Shown here: in pieces, positions 1 to 9,440 of the stretch
Layout: the number at the start of each line of letters is the position of its first letter
Numbering within the stretch: the first letter of the stretch is position 1
Assembly: GCA_044229845.1 (NCBI GenBank)
Contig: JBGASG010000006.1
Coordinates: 160,001 to 224,000 of the forward strand
Source of the DNA: Candidatus Obscuribacteraceae bacterium
Lineage (GTDB): Bacteria; Cyanobacteriota; Vampirovibrionia; Obscuribacterales; Obscuribacteraceae
Length of the DNA: 64,000 nucleotides
Direction: 5' to 3'
Notes under the pieces: model-generated
Told to the model about the DNA's origin: nothing
The model's database searches: none
What the model saw: only the letters and a program-made list of their open reading frames with translations
Translations under genes and position numbers: made by a program

Positions 1-660
1 TCGGCCAGTTTTTCGAAAAGACAGCAAGAATGGCTGTCCCTTGCGCGAGAAGAGTTCAAGAACAGAAACTACGTTCATACAACAGAGCATTTCGGGTTTT
101 CAGAAGCCGGACCGATTGCTCTTGGAGCACCATTAGCAGTACCGATGAATTCCGAGTCTCTTCGCCTTGGAAAAGACATGATGAAGCGTTATGCCGATGC
201 GGCACAGCGTCCAGTGGGATTGGAGAATCTCGCATTTGCATTTGGGATGGAAGATGTGAAACGACAAGGTGATTTCATCGACCAGTTGATCTCTGAAGTC
301 GATGGCTTTCTCCTTTTAGACCTGCACAACATTTATTGCCAGCTCGCGAATTTTGATGTTGCAGAACTCGAATTGATAAACTCGTATCCCCTGACGAAGG
401 TTCGCGAAATACATTTGTCCGGTGGTTCGTGGACTGAATCGGTGAGCGGGAGGCGACCAGCTGTCAGGCGCGATACGCATGACGATGGTGTGCCGCAGGA
501 GGTTTTCAATCTTGCAACACTGGCGCTGAAACTTTGTCCGAACATTGAATTTGTATTTCTGGAACGACTCGCAAACACGATGACGGACCTGGAATCACAA
601 CGGGAGTTTCGTGATGACTTCGAAACGATGCAGGAAATTTTGGAGCTAAGTTGTGTCTGA
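1..660 (+). CDS. DUF692 / MNIO-family multinuclear iron enzyme (5' partial)
   Basis: Frame 1 is open from base 1 (SASFSKRQQEWL...TEHFGF...). Motifs GLENLA, LLLDLHNIY, EIHLSGG, DTHD and FLER are typical of DUF692 TIM barrels. Confidence 0.85.
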   Translation, partial: SASFSKRQQEWLSLAREEFKNRNYVHTTEHFGFSEAGPIALGAPLAVPMNSESLRLGKDMMKRYADAAQRPVGLENLAFAFGMEDVKRQGDFIDQLISEVDGFLLLDLHNIYCQLANFDVAELELINSYPLTKVREIHLSGGSWTESVSGRRPAVRRDTHDDGVPQEVFNLATLALKLCPNIEFVFLERLANTMTDLESQREFRDDFETMQEILELSCV

Positions 661-859
661 GAATTCACGGCTTCAGGAGTATCAAGACGCTCTTCAAGAG
701 TTGCTCTCGAGTGGGCTCCCGCAAATTGAGATTCTTGAATCGCTGCACAAGGATCCCCGTTTCGAATACTATCGTGACTACGTGAAGGGGTTCGATCCAG
801 ACATGGTGGCAGTCGCTTGCGAATTGATCGGAAAGTGGGCGATACGGAATCAAGAGTGA
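653..859 (+). CDS. small 68-aa hypothetical protein, probable DUF692 partner
   Basis: GTG start overlaps the DUF692 stop by 8 nt; GGAG upstream. Confidence 0.6.
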   Translation: MSENSRLQEYQDALQELLSSGLPQIEILESLHKDPRFEYYRDYVKGFDPDMVAVACELIGKWAIRNQE

Positions 860-1051
860 CGCCGTAAAACCGCACCCATCGCGACTACAGCCGTGAAACC
901 CGGAAAACAATCCGAGCGAAAACGGGCGAATTCAGTTCCCCGAGATATTGATCGGGACACCGAGGTCCGCACCTTCGAATTTTCCTCATTGAGAATTTCC
1001 GAAAGCGTGGGCGCTAATGCCTTGCTTGAACCTTGTTGTTCAAAGAAAAAA

Positions 1052-1073
1052 TGGTGGAGGCGGCGAGAATCGC
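1052..1073 (-). repeat. duplicated tmRNA 3' end (att core)
   Basis: tggtggaggcggcgagaatcgc is identical to 4203-4224, the CCA end of ssrA. Confidence 0.9.
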
Positions 1074-1308
1074 CTGGGCTGTCATTCTCATTAAGACTCG
1101 TCAATTGATTTTGTTTGATGGTGCGGGTTTCGGGATTTTTGTCGCTTGCGCGAAGTGGCGCTAATGGTCCTGAATCGACACATGAGGGGCCACAAAATGG
1201 GCCACAGTTTTTGAAGGAATTTTGGGGTAGGGTATCGCGTGCTTATCCTTCTGGCAATTGCTGCGCCGGCGCGTATCCTTCTCCAGTACTATTATTTGCG
1301 CCTTTCGT

Positions 1309-1388
1309 CATATTTACTGTACAGCGAATATAGGTGTTATAGCGCATATTCTTGCAAATTTGCCATATTTACTGTACGGTAAATATGG
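1309..1388 (+). promoter_or_regulatory. two imperfect inverted repeats (putative antitoxin operators) overlapping a putative promoter
   Basis: CATATTTACTGT|ACAGCGAATATA (1309-1332) and CCATATTTACTGT|ACGGTAAATATGG (1363-1388); TTGCAA-17-TACGGT at 1352-1380. Confidence 0.65.
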
Positions 1389-2470
1389 GCTATTGGGCGA
1401 ATATGATGGACGGTCGACAGTACGGGCAGCAACTAATAGATGAGTTCCTCAAGGTTCTTGAGGAACTTCCAGAAGTACGTGCGACATTGGAAGCAGAGCA
1501 GCCTCTACCAGCTGATGCGAAAATCGACTTAAAGGTAGCGGGCAAAGAAGTAACCTTGCTTGTGGAAGCAAAGAGAGAGGGGTACCCGCGCGATGTGCAG
1601 CAAGCGATATGGCAACTCCGTCGAGCCGAGCAGGCGCTGCCTTCGCACGAGGACATCGTTCTTGTCATGATTGCGGAATACCTTTCTCCTGGAGCGAAGG
1701 CGCAATTGCAAGCAGAGCATATTGGATATTTTGAAAGCGGCGGCAGTTTGTACCTGCCCGCACCTGGCGCGTACTGTTATATAGAGAGACCGTCAGCAAA
1801 GCCATTTGAAAGGGCCGTTCGATCTCTGTTTTCTGGGCGGCGGGCTCAAGTAATCCACGCGATTCTTGTCCATCATGACCGTTGGTTTGGGGTTCATGAA
1901 CTGGCCGAAGTAGCCTTGGTGTCACCAGCCACGGTATCAGAAGTGTTTTCAGAGTTGGAGCGGCAGGACTGGGTATCATTGCAAGGAAAGGGACCGAAAA
2001 AGGAGCGGCAACTATCTCAACCTACCGCATTGCTCGACGCATGGGCCAAAGAAGTGAGGGAGCGTCCATCACCAATCATGGATCGCTATTACGTGCCTGG
2101 AGTAAAAGCTGATAGCTTGACGCAACGAGTCGGCGAACAGTTTGGCAAATGCAACATAGAGTACGCAATCAGTTACGAATACGCAGCACAGCGCTATGCG
2201 CCCTTTCTGTCCAGTATTTCACAGGTCCGTCTAAGGATGATCAAATCCACCGAATCACGCGGTGCGATTTCTGAACTAGGAGCGCGTTCGGTTGTTGAAG
2301 GATCCAATCTCGGAATCATCGAAACCGATGCAGGCGAATTGCTGTTTCGGAATGAAATCGATAGCATTTGGCTGGCAAGTCCTGTACAGGTGTATCTGGA
2401 TCTGATGCACGGCGAGGGGCGTTCAATGGAGATGGCAGAACATCTGCGAAAAGAAAGGATTGGTTTCTAA
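1385..2470 (+). CDS. AbiEi-type type IV TA antitoxin / transcriptional regulator (AbiEi_2-like)
   Basis: N-terminal PD-(D/E)xK-like segment (ADAKID...VEAK), central HTH (VHELAEVALVSPATVSEV), LLDAW and C-terminal SPVQVYLDL. Start could be 1385 or 1403/1406. Confidence 0.75.
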   Translation: MGYWANMMDGRQYGQQLIDEFLKVLEELPEVRATLEAEQPLPADAKIDLKVAGKEVTLLVEAKREGYPRDVQQAIWQLRRAEQALPSHEDIVLVMIAEYLSPGAKAQLQAEHIGYFESGGSLYLPAPGAYCYIERPSAKPFERAVRSLFSGRRAQVIHAILVHHDRWFGVHELAEVALVSPATVSEVFSELERQDWVSLQGKGPKKERQLSQPTALLDAWAKEVRERPSPIMDRYYVPGVKADSLTQRVGEQFGKCNIEYAISYEYAAQRYAPFLSSISQVRLRMIKSTESRGAISELGARSVVEGSNLGIIETDAGELLFRNEIDSIWLASPVQVYLDLMHGEGRSMEMAEHLRKERIGF

Positions 2471-2471
2471 A

Positions 2472-3368
2472 ATGCCGAAGCCAAAGACTTTCGATGGTTA
2501 TGATGAAGGATACACATTGGACTGTGAGCGCGTTCTCGTGACGCTATTGCGAGGACTAGGTCCATGGAAGGATTCGGTGTATTTAATCGGCGGATTGACG
2601 CCAAGATATTTGGTTGATGCCAGCGGCCAGGACGTGCCTCCACACGCTGGCACTCAGGACGTAGACATTGTAATCGACTTGCAGATATTAGCTGATACCG
2701 AAGCCTACCACACGCTTGAAGAGAATCTGAAAAAGTTGGATTTCGAACGCGCTGAGAATGACGCCGGAAAAAAACTTTCTTGGCGCTGGAAAACCAAAAC
2801 CGAAGCCGGTGCCACAGTTATTCTTGAGCTAATATCTGAATCGGTGGAGTTGGGTGGCGGAAAAGTACAGGCATTGCCGACTGAAAAGACAATTTCTGCG
2901 TTGAATGTTCCACACGCATCGATGGTTTTCGATCTGCATGAGATCAAAGAGATTCAAGCGGAGCTCTTGGGTGGCAATGGCATAGCGACTGAAAAAGTAA
3001 GATTTGCGAATCTGGTCTCGTTTACTTGCCTGAAAGCGTTTGCTTTCGATCAGCGGAACGAACGAAAGGACGCGCACGATTTGATCTATTGCCTTGAACA
3101 CGCACCCGGTGGAGTAACTGCCGCCAAAGAGCAGTTCCGAAAAGAGCTGGATGGCAAACACGCGGAAACAGTTCGCTCGGCGTTGGACATATTGCGGAAA
3201 CGATTCGCAAGCGATGCAAAGGTAGAAGGCTATCAAAAGGACGGTCCCGTGGCCGTCGCTAAGTTCGAGCTGGGCGAGAGCAATGAAGAAGCAACAAAAG
3301 AGTCAAGGATTCTCAGGCAGAGAGACGTAAGCCATGTTATTGAACAACTGCTGGAAATCTTCAACTGA
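2472..3368 (+). CDS. AbiEii-like nucleotidyltransferase (type IV TA toxin)
   Basis: LIGG, GTQDVD, LKAFA..R and KDAHDL motifs; starts immediately after the antitoxin stop. Confidence 0.7.
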   Translation: MPKPKTFDGYDEGYTLDCERVLVTLLRGLGPWKDSVYLIGGLTPRYLVDASGQDVPPHAGTQDVDIVIDLQILADTEAYHTLEENLKKLDFERAENDAGKKLSWRWKTKTEAGATVILELISESVELGGGKVQALPTEKTISALNVPHASMVFDLHEIKEIQAELLGGNGIATEKVRFANLVSFTCLKAFAFDQRNERKDAHDLIYCLEHAPGGVTAAKEQFRKELDGKHAETVRSALDILRKRFASDAKVEGYQKDGPVAVAKFELGESNEEATKESRILRQRDVSHVIEQLLEIFN

Positions 3369-3381
3369 GAAGCAAATTGAG

Positions 3382-4045
3382 ATGACTTCAAAACGCGAGA
3401 AGAAAAATACCGGCAAACCTATACGAGGCATTGGTCGAAAACGTGATCGCCAGTCTAATTCGGCTGGAAGGACAGGGGTTCAAGAACATCAAGGTCGAGC
3501 GAGACATTGATTTAGATAGCATCACTAAAGATTCCGATGGAAAGCCAATCCCGAGACAAATCGATGTCTACTGGGAATTCGAATTTGGCGGGCTGAAGTA
3601 CAAAACAGTCATCCAAGCAAAGGATCACGCCCAGAATATCAACATGGGTATGATCGACACCTTTAGGAGTGTGCTCTTAGATCTCCCTGTCCAACCGCGC
3701 GGAATTATGATTACTACAAACGGTCTTCAGTCAGGCGCATTGAAACTTGCGAATGCTCATGGCATCGGCATTTATGAACTTCGATCGGCATCGTCTAGCG
3801 ACTTTCCAAATGGGGTTGTGCCAGCACTCGAAATCTTCGTCGATGCCTTCCATAAGGAGATCTTAAAAGCACGCCTTCAAGCCACCAAGGATCTAGAACA
3901 GAACGCACAAGAGTTCCAATCTTATTGCTCAGGAGATCCGTCCTCGATTTACATCCTTGATCAACACGGAGATCCGCGCGGAACCGCCGAGCAGCTAATG
4001 CAGGAAATTGAGCCACCTGTCGGCGCGGGTGAAGGCACGCATTTT
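3382..4045 (+). pseudogene. Mrr-like restriction endonuclease, apparent 5' frameshift and 3' truncation
   Basis: RQIDVYWE...IQAKD (D-x-QxK) motif. ATG at 3382 (MTSKREKKNTGKP) is one base out of frame with YEALVENV. After ~4045 the ORF runs into att-arm sequence and antisense ssrA. Confidence 0.6.
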
Positions 4046-4202
4046 TACGTCACCCAAAATTCCGAGCGGAAACCGGGTGATTTCGGTTCCCAAGAATATT
4101 TTGACGGGCCACAAAAGGGGCCACACCTGCGCATTTCCCTCTTATTGAGAATGCGCGAAAGCCTGGTCCTGCGACCGTTTGAGCCCTGTTTAAGAAATAA
4201 AA

Positions 4203-4585
4203 TGGTGGAGGCGGCGAGAATCGCACTCGCGTCCAAAACTGCCGAGAATCCGGTCACTACAGGTTTAGTCTCGAATTTCTCCAGTACAGCTGAAGCGGCC
4301 GAGACGGCCACCCTGGTTCGCAATTATGTCTTAGCCACAGCTATTAACAGCTAACTTTGCCGTGGAGCGGCCACCGTGGTTTGCAGTTACCGTTAGCGGG
4401 TAGCCAAGCTAACGTGTAACTACCGCGCCTAAGAGTTAGTTAGGCAGCAACAGCGTAGCTGTTGGCGGTGAATGCCATTGCATTGTTTTTGGCATTTGTT
4501 TGTTTTGTCCAGTGTTTTAAGAGGTGCCAGACTACCTCTACCTGCGACCTGAAACCCTACAATCCTGTCGAATCTAAACGCCCCC
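4203..4585 (-). ncRNA. ssrA: tmRNA
   Basis: 5' GGGGGCGTTTAGATTCGAC; 3' GCGAGTGCGATTCTCGCCGCCTCCACCA; acceptor stem GGGGGCG/CGCCTCC with G3:U; tag ORF 4493-4440 encodes AKNNAMAFTANSYAVAA*. Confidence 0.95.
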
Positions 4586-4794
4586 ATGTCGTGAAAACAC
4601 GGAGACTCCGGTCGGGTTCAAACAATTTGTCAGGGTGCAATCGGGCTTGAATTACCCATTATAGCGCATTTTCGGGTTTCTTGCCCGGGAAGGCTCAGCT
4701 GGCGCGCCATTGCGGCTCTGCAGCCACCTCTCCAGCCTATAGACTGTCCGCCTCAGCGGATGTTCCAGTCCCGGCTCAGTCGGTCCCGCAGACC

Positions 4795-7700
4795 TCAGGC
4801 GCTGCTGTCCGCCTTCGCAGTCAGCGCGGTCAGCAGCCTCAGCACTTCGCTGACTACGACATAGTCAACTTCGGCCAGTGGCATCGCGCCGGCGTTTTTC
4901 GCATCTCGGTAATAGCTAGGTTCCGAGCGTCCTTTAACGAAGAAACACGAGTTAATCGCCTGCGCTTCGCTTTCCATTATGTATTGCATGCCGATGCCGT
5001 CGTAAATAACAATCGCCGTCACATCTGCCCCGGCGAAATACTTAGAGTGCTCGCTGAACACACCTGCATCCGCAGCCAGACCTCTGCTCCATTGGTTCTT
5101 TTCCAGGGCACCAACTATGGTGACTGCCGGCAGTTGAGCCTTATCGAAGCGAGTAATTTCTCGCTCTTTCAACTCTTCAGGTGTGAGCGACATGACGGAC
5201 CGTCCCAGTTGCTGGAACGGCGACACAATCTCGTAGTCCGTAAACAATTCGCCCCACTTCGATTTGACTTCGTCGGAGACATGCGCCGGGTGAACAATGC
5301 CAACGTGGTCAAACTTATCGATGGTCGCCGGTCGATCATTCATGTCGGAATAGGTGCGATCGTCGTTCAATCTGAACGTATCCACGACCTTGCCCTGATT
5401 GTCGTATCCGCCCCAGATCAGCATTCGCGCCAGGTTCACCATCAGCGGATGATTGACGATTAGTTCTTCGAATTCCTGACGCGGCCATCTCCTGCCACCA
5501 ATCATAGTTTGCTCAAGACGAAACGCCTGAATCTTCGCGACTTCTTTGATTTGCTGCTTGAGCAGTTTCCAATCAGCAACGGCTTGTGCAGCTTTGGCAG
5601 CATCGTCCCTGGCTGATGGCTTCGGCAGATCAGACTTCACTTTGCCTTCTGAATCCTTGACCATCGGTTTCAGATCTGAGGTAAGCAAGAACGTAAATTG
5701 CCGCGGACCGAAGTCGAACGTAAACGATCCGTTCTCGTCCAATCCGCAATCCGGAACTATACGATCCTCCAGCTGATCGCGAGTCAGTCCTTTGTCTTTG
5801 GCGATTTCTTCGATGCACTCCATCGCCCGAGCTTTGAGCGCCTTAAACTGCAACTTTTGGGCGATGCCATTGATCTGCATGAGCGCGGTATCGGTTCCGA
5901 TGTGCCTGAGAACCTCTAATCCCAGCACCGCTCGTTGATGCTGACTGGCTCCCGGCCAGGCGCGCACGTATGGTGTCAGTCTCAACGCGCACTCGTCACC
6001 GCCCAGATGTCCCATAGCAATTAATGTCCACTTCTCTTTGCTTGGTGCATCGTTGCGCTGCCAGGCTTCGAACAACTCCCACAGCATTTTTTCAAATGCG
6101 CGACGCTCGACATTTTCTTGCAACGCCTTGATTAGTGGGTGCACGTTCGTCCAATCACTTTGCTGCAACGCCACCAAAAGTAACTCGATCTGCTGTGGAG
6201 ACAGCCGGCGTCCTTCGACCACCACCGCGGGTAGTGTTCGTCCATCCGACCAGGCAGGCAGTTTTACTTTGGCGACTTTGACCGTCTGCATCGCATCAGA
6301 CAGCCAGCCGGGAGTTGACTCCGGCGTCATCACCTCGAATTTGTCCTCAGGCGATTCGCACATCTTTTCGATTTGCGCAAGCACGTCTTCCGGTAAGGCT
6401 GATGTGAGACCGCGGGCATGGAGATCCTTGAGTGTGTTGCGCGCGGTGTCAGCCAGGTCGCCCCTTCCACTCGCCATTGGAATCAGTTGCTGAGCCGACC
6501 AATCGGGAAACCTGTCCAGCCACTCCTTTGCTGCGCCCTGCACTTTGGATTTGTGGTACAGGTGCACCATGGCTGTCGCAGTTTCCGGCGCTTCGATCGC
6601 CGCCAATGCAGGAAACCGTTTTTGCGAATCTTCTTTATTCAAGTTGGGCTCGTTGATCCACTTCGCTAGAACATCACCGGCTCGCTCACCGATGCATGCC
6701 ACCAACCCGCGAGCCATGTCCTCGTCTAGTGGCACCAATTCCAGCCTGTGCCAATGCTCATCTATTTCTTCAGGACTGGACAGTCCCAACACAAAGTCGT
6801 GCGGAAGCGGCATTCTGGCGTGTTGGTAGTAGGTTTTCTTCTCCGTAGCATAACTTTCTACCAGAGGTTTCAACTCTACATGCATTCCCAGTGCCGCGGC
6901 TAAGAGGAAGCCTGCGCCATCGGCGCCGTCCACCTGTTTCGGATCAAAGTTGTAGTTGCTGCGCAGCTTGTCCTTCATAGACTCGACTTCGGCATCTGTG
7001 AGGTACGGATGCATCAGCTTATGGAAATCCGCGATCAATGTGCGACGAACATCCCAGTCAACTTTCTGCACTATGTCTATGAAGTTTTCGACTGTAATGC
7101 AGGAGAATAGCGGGATTCTGATCGCCTGCTCTTTAGCGTACACGCGAAGATAGGTCCAGTGATTTTGGAAATTGCCCTCAGCAATACGCACATACCAGTC
7201 GGCAGGCTTATCCTCATGCAATCGCTCCGCGCGCACAAAATCTGCTAGCTTCTGCTGTTGACGTTGGTTGTTAGCCTGCCGCTCCGCTTCTGAATTCAGC
7301 TCAGGCAGATTGCGCAAGAAGTTAAACTTCGACTTGAATACGAACCAGAATCTTGCTTCTGTGGGTCCCATCTCGAACGGTCGAGCGCTATCGCAACGAG
7401 CTGAGAGTTTTCCCAACTGGGTGACGTCGCTAAGGGTCGCTTCCAGATCGAACGGGCGCGGAGTCGGTTTAGCAATCTGAGTGCGCGGCCGAAATGTTGC
7501 ATAGACGGTATCGGTAGGAAGAAGATTGATCCGTCTAACCGAGGGTGAACGAGGTGGCGCATCTGCTCGCTTCTTCGTTGAAGGTGTTGCCGAAGCCGGT
7601 TCCATCGTCTCCGACGTCTTTACTTCAGCAGGTGTGTCCGGTGCAGGCTGCCGCTCGGCTACGGCTGTCTGAGTTGCTTTGACCATCGGTTCGCCTGCGG

Positions 7701-7977
7701 TCTCAATTTTTGCCTCCGCTTTGCCCGCCGAGGTCGGGCGGACCGTTATGTCCGCCGGCATTTCAGAGTCGCCCACGCGAAGATAGCCCTTCTTGGTCTT
7801 CTCGACAACCAACTTATCGTATGCAACCTGCGCTTGCGCTTCACTGGCAAACTCTTTGGTTTGCATTTGACCGGCTGTTCCGATTCGCCCAAAGTGCACT
7901 GTGTACGATTTGCCTTCCAGACTGATTGTCCAGAACTTATTGGAACCGCCTTCACTGAATTCGAAACGCTCTGCCAT
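4795..7977 (-). CDS. WGR domain and DUF4132 domain protein
   Basis: N-terminal EGGSNKFW...HFGRIGTAGQ...KTKKGY (WGR); C-terminal LEDRIVPDCGLD...RLEQTM..GRRW...HP...PFQQLGR (DUF4132). Start at MAERF with GAGG upstream. Confidence 0.85.
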   Translation of the reverse strand: MAERFEFSEGGSNKFWTISLEGKSYTVHFGRIGTAGQMQTKEFASEAQAQVAYDKLVVEKTKKGYLRVGDSEMPADITVRPTSAGKAEAKIETAGEPMVKATQTAVAERQPAPDTPAEVKTSETMEPASATPSTKKRADAPPRSPSVRRINLLPTDTVYATFRPRTQIAKPTPRPFDLEATLSDVTQLGKLSARCDSARPFEMGPTEARFWFVFKSKFNFLRNLPELNSEAERQANNQRQQQKLADFVRAERLHEDKPADWYVRIAEGNFQNHWTYLRVYAKEQAIRIPLFSCITVENFIDIVQKVDWDVRRTLIADFHKLMHPYLTDAEVESMKDKLRSNYNFDPKQVDGADGAGFLLAAALGMHVELKPLVESYATEKKTYYQHARMPLPHDFVLGLSSPEEIDEHWHRLELVPLDEDMARGLVACIGERAGDVLAKWINEPNLNKEDSQKRFPALAAIEAPETATAMVHLYHKSKVQGAAKEWLDRFPDWSAQQLIPMASGRGDLADTARNTLKDLHARGLTSALPEDVLAQIEKMCESPEDKFEVMTPESTPGWLSDAMQTVKVAKVKLPAWSDGRTLPAVVVEGRRLSPQQIELLLVALQQSDWTNVHPLIKALQENVERRAFEKMLWELFEAWQRNDAPSKEKWTLIAMGHLGGDECALRLTPYVRAWPGASQHQRAVLGLEVLRHIGTDTALMQINGIAQKLQFKALKARAMECIEEIAKDKGLTRDQLEDRIVPDCGLDENGSFTFDFGPRQFTFLLTSDLKPMVKDSEGKVKSDLPKPSARDDAAKAAQAVADWKLLKQQIKEVAKIQAFRLEQTMIGGRRWPRQEFEELIVNHPLMVNLARMLIWGGYDNQGKVVDTFRLNDDRTYSDMNDRPATIDKFDHVGIVHPAHVSDEVKSKWGELFTDYEIVSPFQQLGRSVMSLTPEELKEREITRFDKAQLPAVTIVGALEKNQWSRGLAADAGVFSEHSKYFAGADVTAIVIYDGIGMQYIMESEAQAINSCFFVKGRSEPSYYRDAKNAGAMPLAEVDYVVVSEVLRLLTALTAKADSSA

Positions 7978-8068
7978 GTTGCTGTCCTCAAAACAATCGA
8001 CACCCATAGGTGTCAACCAACATCCCAACCTTGTCAACCCAGCCAAGACTCCAAGCTCTCTATGCCCT

Positions 8069-8138
8069 CCGGAGTTAAAGCGATATCGTTTCAGTTCCGG
8101 CAGCTCCCCAGAGTTAAAGCGATATCGCTTCAGTTCTG
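8069..8138. repeat. GCGATATCG palindromic repeat, 2 copies
   Basis: ccggagttaaagcgatatcgtttcagttccgg and cagagttaaagcgatatcgcttcagttctg. Confidence 0.85.
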
Positions 8139-8161
8139 ACGTACCTGCTAACCAAGAGCTG

Positions 8162-8686
8162 CTAGGAAGGATCCGGAGTCGTGTTCGGGACCACGTATGT
8201 AAAGGGGACGTTGTGCTTTGATTCTAGAGGGATGCCGCCGGGTCCGACGATGGCTCCTACAACAAACGGAGGATAGACATCGATCGTGGTGGTGACACTG
8301 ACATCGCCATCGATTGCGCCACCCACCATCGGCGGTGGCACAACGCGTACCGATTCGGTGGCTTTGATAGTTTCTCGCACTTTCATCGGCAGCTTCGTGT
8401 CGTAGATGCGTTTGATCACTGCGATGGCGCGATCATGGGGTTTCTTCCCGGGTCCGACACTGCGATTGTCACCGACAGTGGCGTCGCCGGGTGGTCCTGA
8501 CGCGGCGGCGCGCGCAGCATCGCGGCACACTGAATCGTTGATGGCGACACCGATGACAATCATGCCGCAATCGATCAGAGCGAGGATAAAAGGAACGAGC
8601 AGAACAACGACTGCCACCATTTCAATGATGCTGGATCCGCTGGACTTGCGATTCAATGTTTGCCTCTTGAACTCGTTCCGTCTCAT
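8162..8686 (-). CDS. TadE-like pseudopilin
   Basis: GSSIIEM plus TM helix plus ARAAASG. Start at MRRNEF with AGGAG. Confidence 0.65.
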   Translation of the reverse strand: MRRNEFKRQTLNRKSSGSSIIEMVAVVVLLVPFILALIDCGMIVIGVAINDSVCRDAARAAASGPPGDATVGDNRSVGPGKKPHDRAIAVIKRIYDTKLPMKVRETIKATESVRVVPPPMVGGAIDGDVSVTTTIDVYPPFVVGAIVGPGGIPLESKHNVPFTYVVPNTTPDPS

Positions 8687-8869
8687 GACTGATGCTCCTG
8701 TGATGGATCGGCTGCTCCCGGATGCAGCGTTGACGACGCGTGTTCTATTTTTAGGCGCGGACTGCAACGAATGAGTGCAATCTCATCCAGCATTCTCCTA
8801 ATTTTGCCCCCACCTCCGTCAGCAACGTATCAAGGCAGCTATCCCTAAATCGAACCCTTAGGAGAAGCA

Positions 8870-9400
8870 ATGAGAAAGGCTAAAGGCCACGCAATGCTGG
8901 AATTCGGCGTCGGGCTACTGGTATTCGTCTGCTTCATTTTCATTCCGTTGATTGACATAGGCTTTATCCCCGTACGCTACGTCATCGGCTCCGGAACCAT
9001 AAATGAATTCACGCATCGGCTTTCGCTCAACGAAAAGCGCAGCGAAGCGTATCAACAATTAACTGATGAAGGAGGCTGGAAAGCCTTCCTCTCTCAATGT
9101 GGTGTCACGGTACACGAGCCTAAACTGAGTCTGGTCATTTGCGGGCAAGACGAAAGCGAACAGCTCTCCATCGCCAAAGGCGTTCAGGTGCCTGCGGAGT
9201 GGCTTCCCAACGGCAATAAGGGACCGTGCATCTACTCGCTTGAACTGGCGACCGACTGTGACATTGCGCCACTGTTCCCCTGTGATAGCGGTGGCATGCC
9301 CGGTTTCACGAAACCGATCACGCTCACATTGAAGAGCAAGTCTCAGTGGGAAAACCTGGGCAGAAATCCCCAGACGCTCGCCTATTACCTGAACGAATAG
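8870..9400 (+). CDS. TadE-like pseudopilin / hypothetical
   Basis: KGHAMLEF prepilin-like motif plus TM helix; AGGAG RBS. Confidence 0.6.
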   Translation: MRKAKGHAMLEFGVGLLVFVCFIFIPLIDIGFIPVRYVIGSGTINEFTHRLSLNEKRSEAYQQLTDEGGWKAFLSQCGVTVHEPKLSLVICGQDESEQLSIAKGVQVPAEWLPNGNKGPCIYSLELATDCDIAPLFPCDSGGMPGFTKPITLTLKSKSQWENLGRNPQTLAYYLNE

Positions 9401-9440
9401 GAAGCACGTAGCGCACTACATCTACATAGGAACGCAATCC

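Larger units (their letters stand above)
1052..4224. mobile_element. genomic island remnant integrated at the tmRNA 3' end, no integrase
   Basis: 22-bp direct repeats at both ends; GGGCCACA-N4-GGGCCACA at 1187-1206 and 4106-4125; defence-type cargo. Confidence 0.8.

Noticed and set aside
1052..1073. tRNA gene
   Set aside because: Only the 3' 22 nt match; it is a duplicate of the tmRNA end with no cloverleaf.
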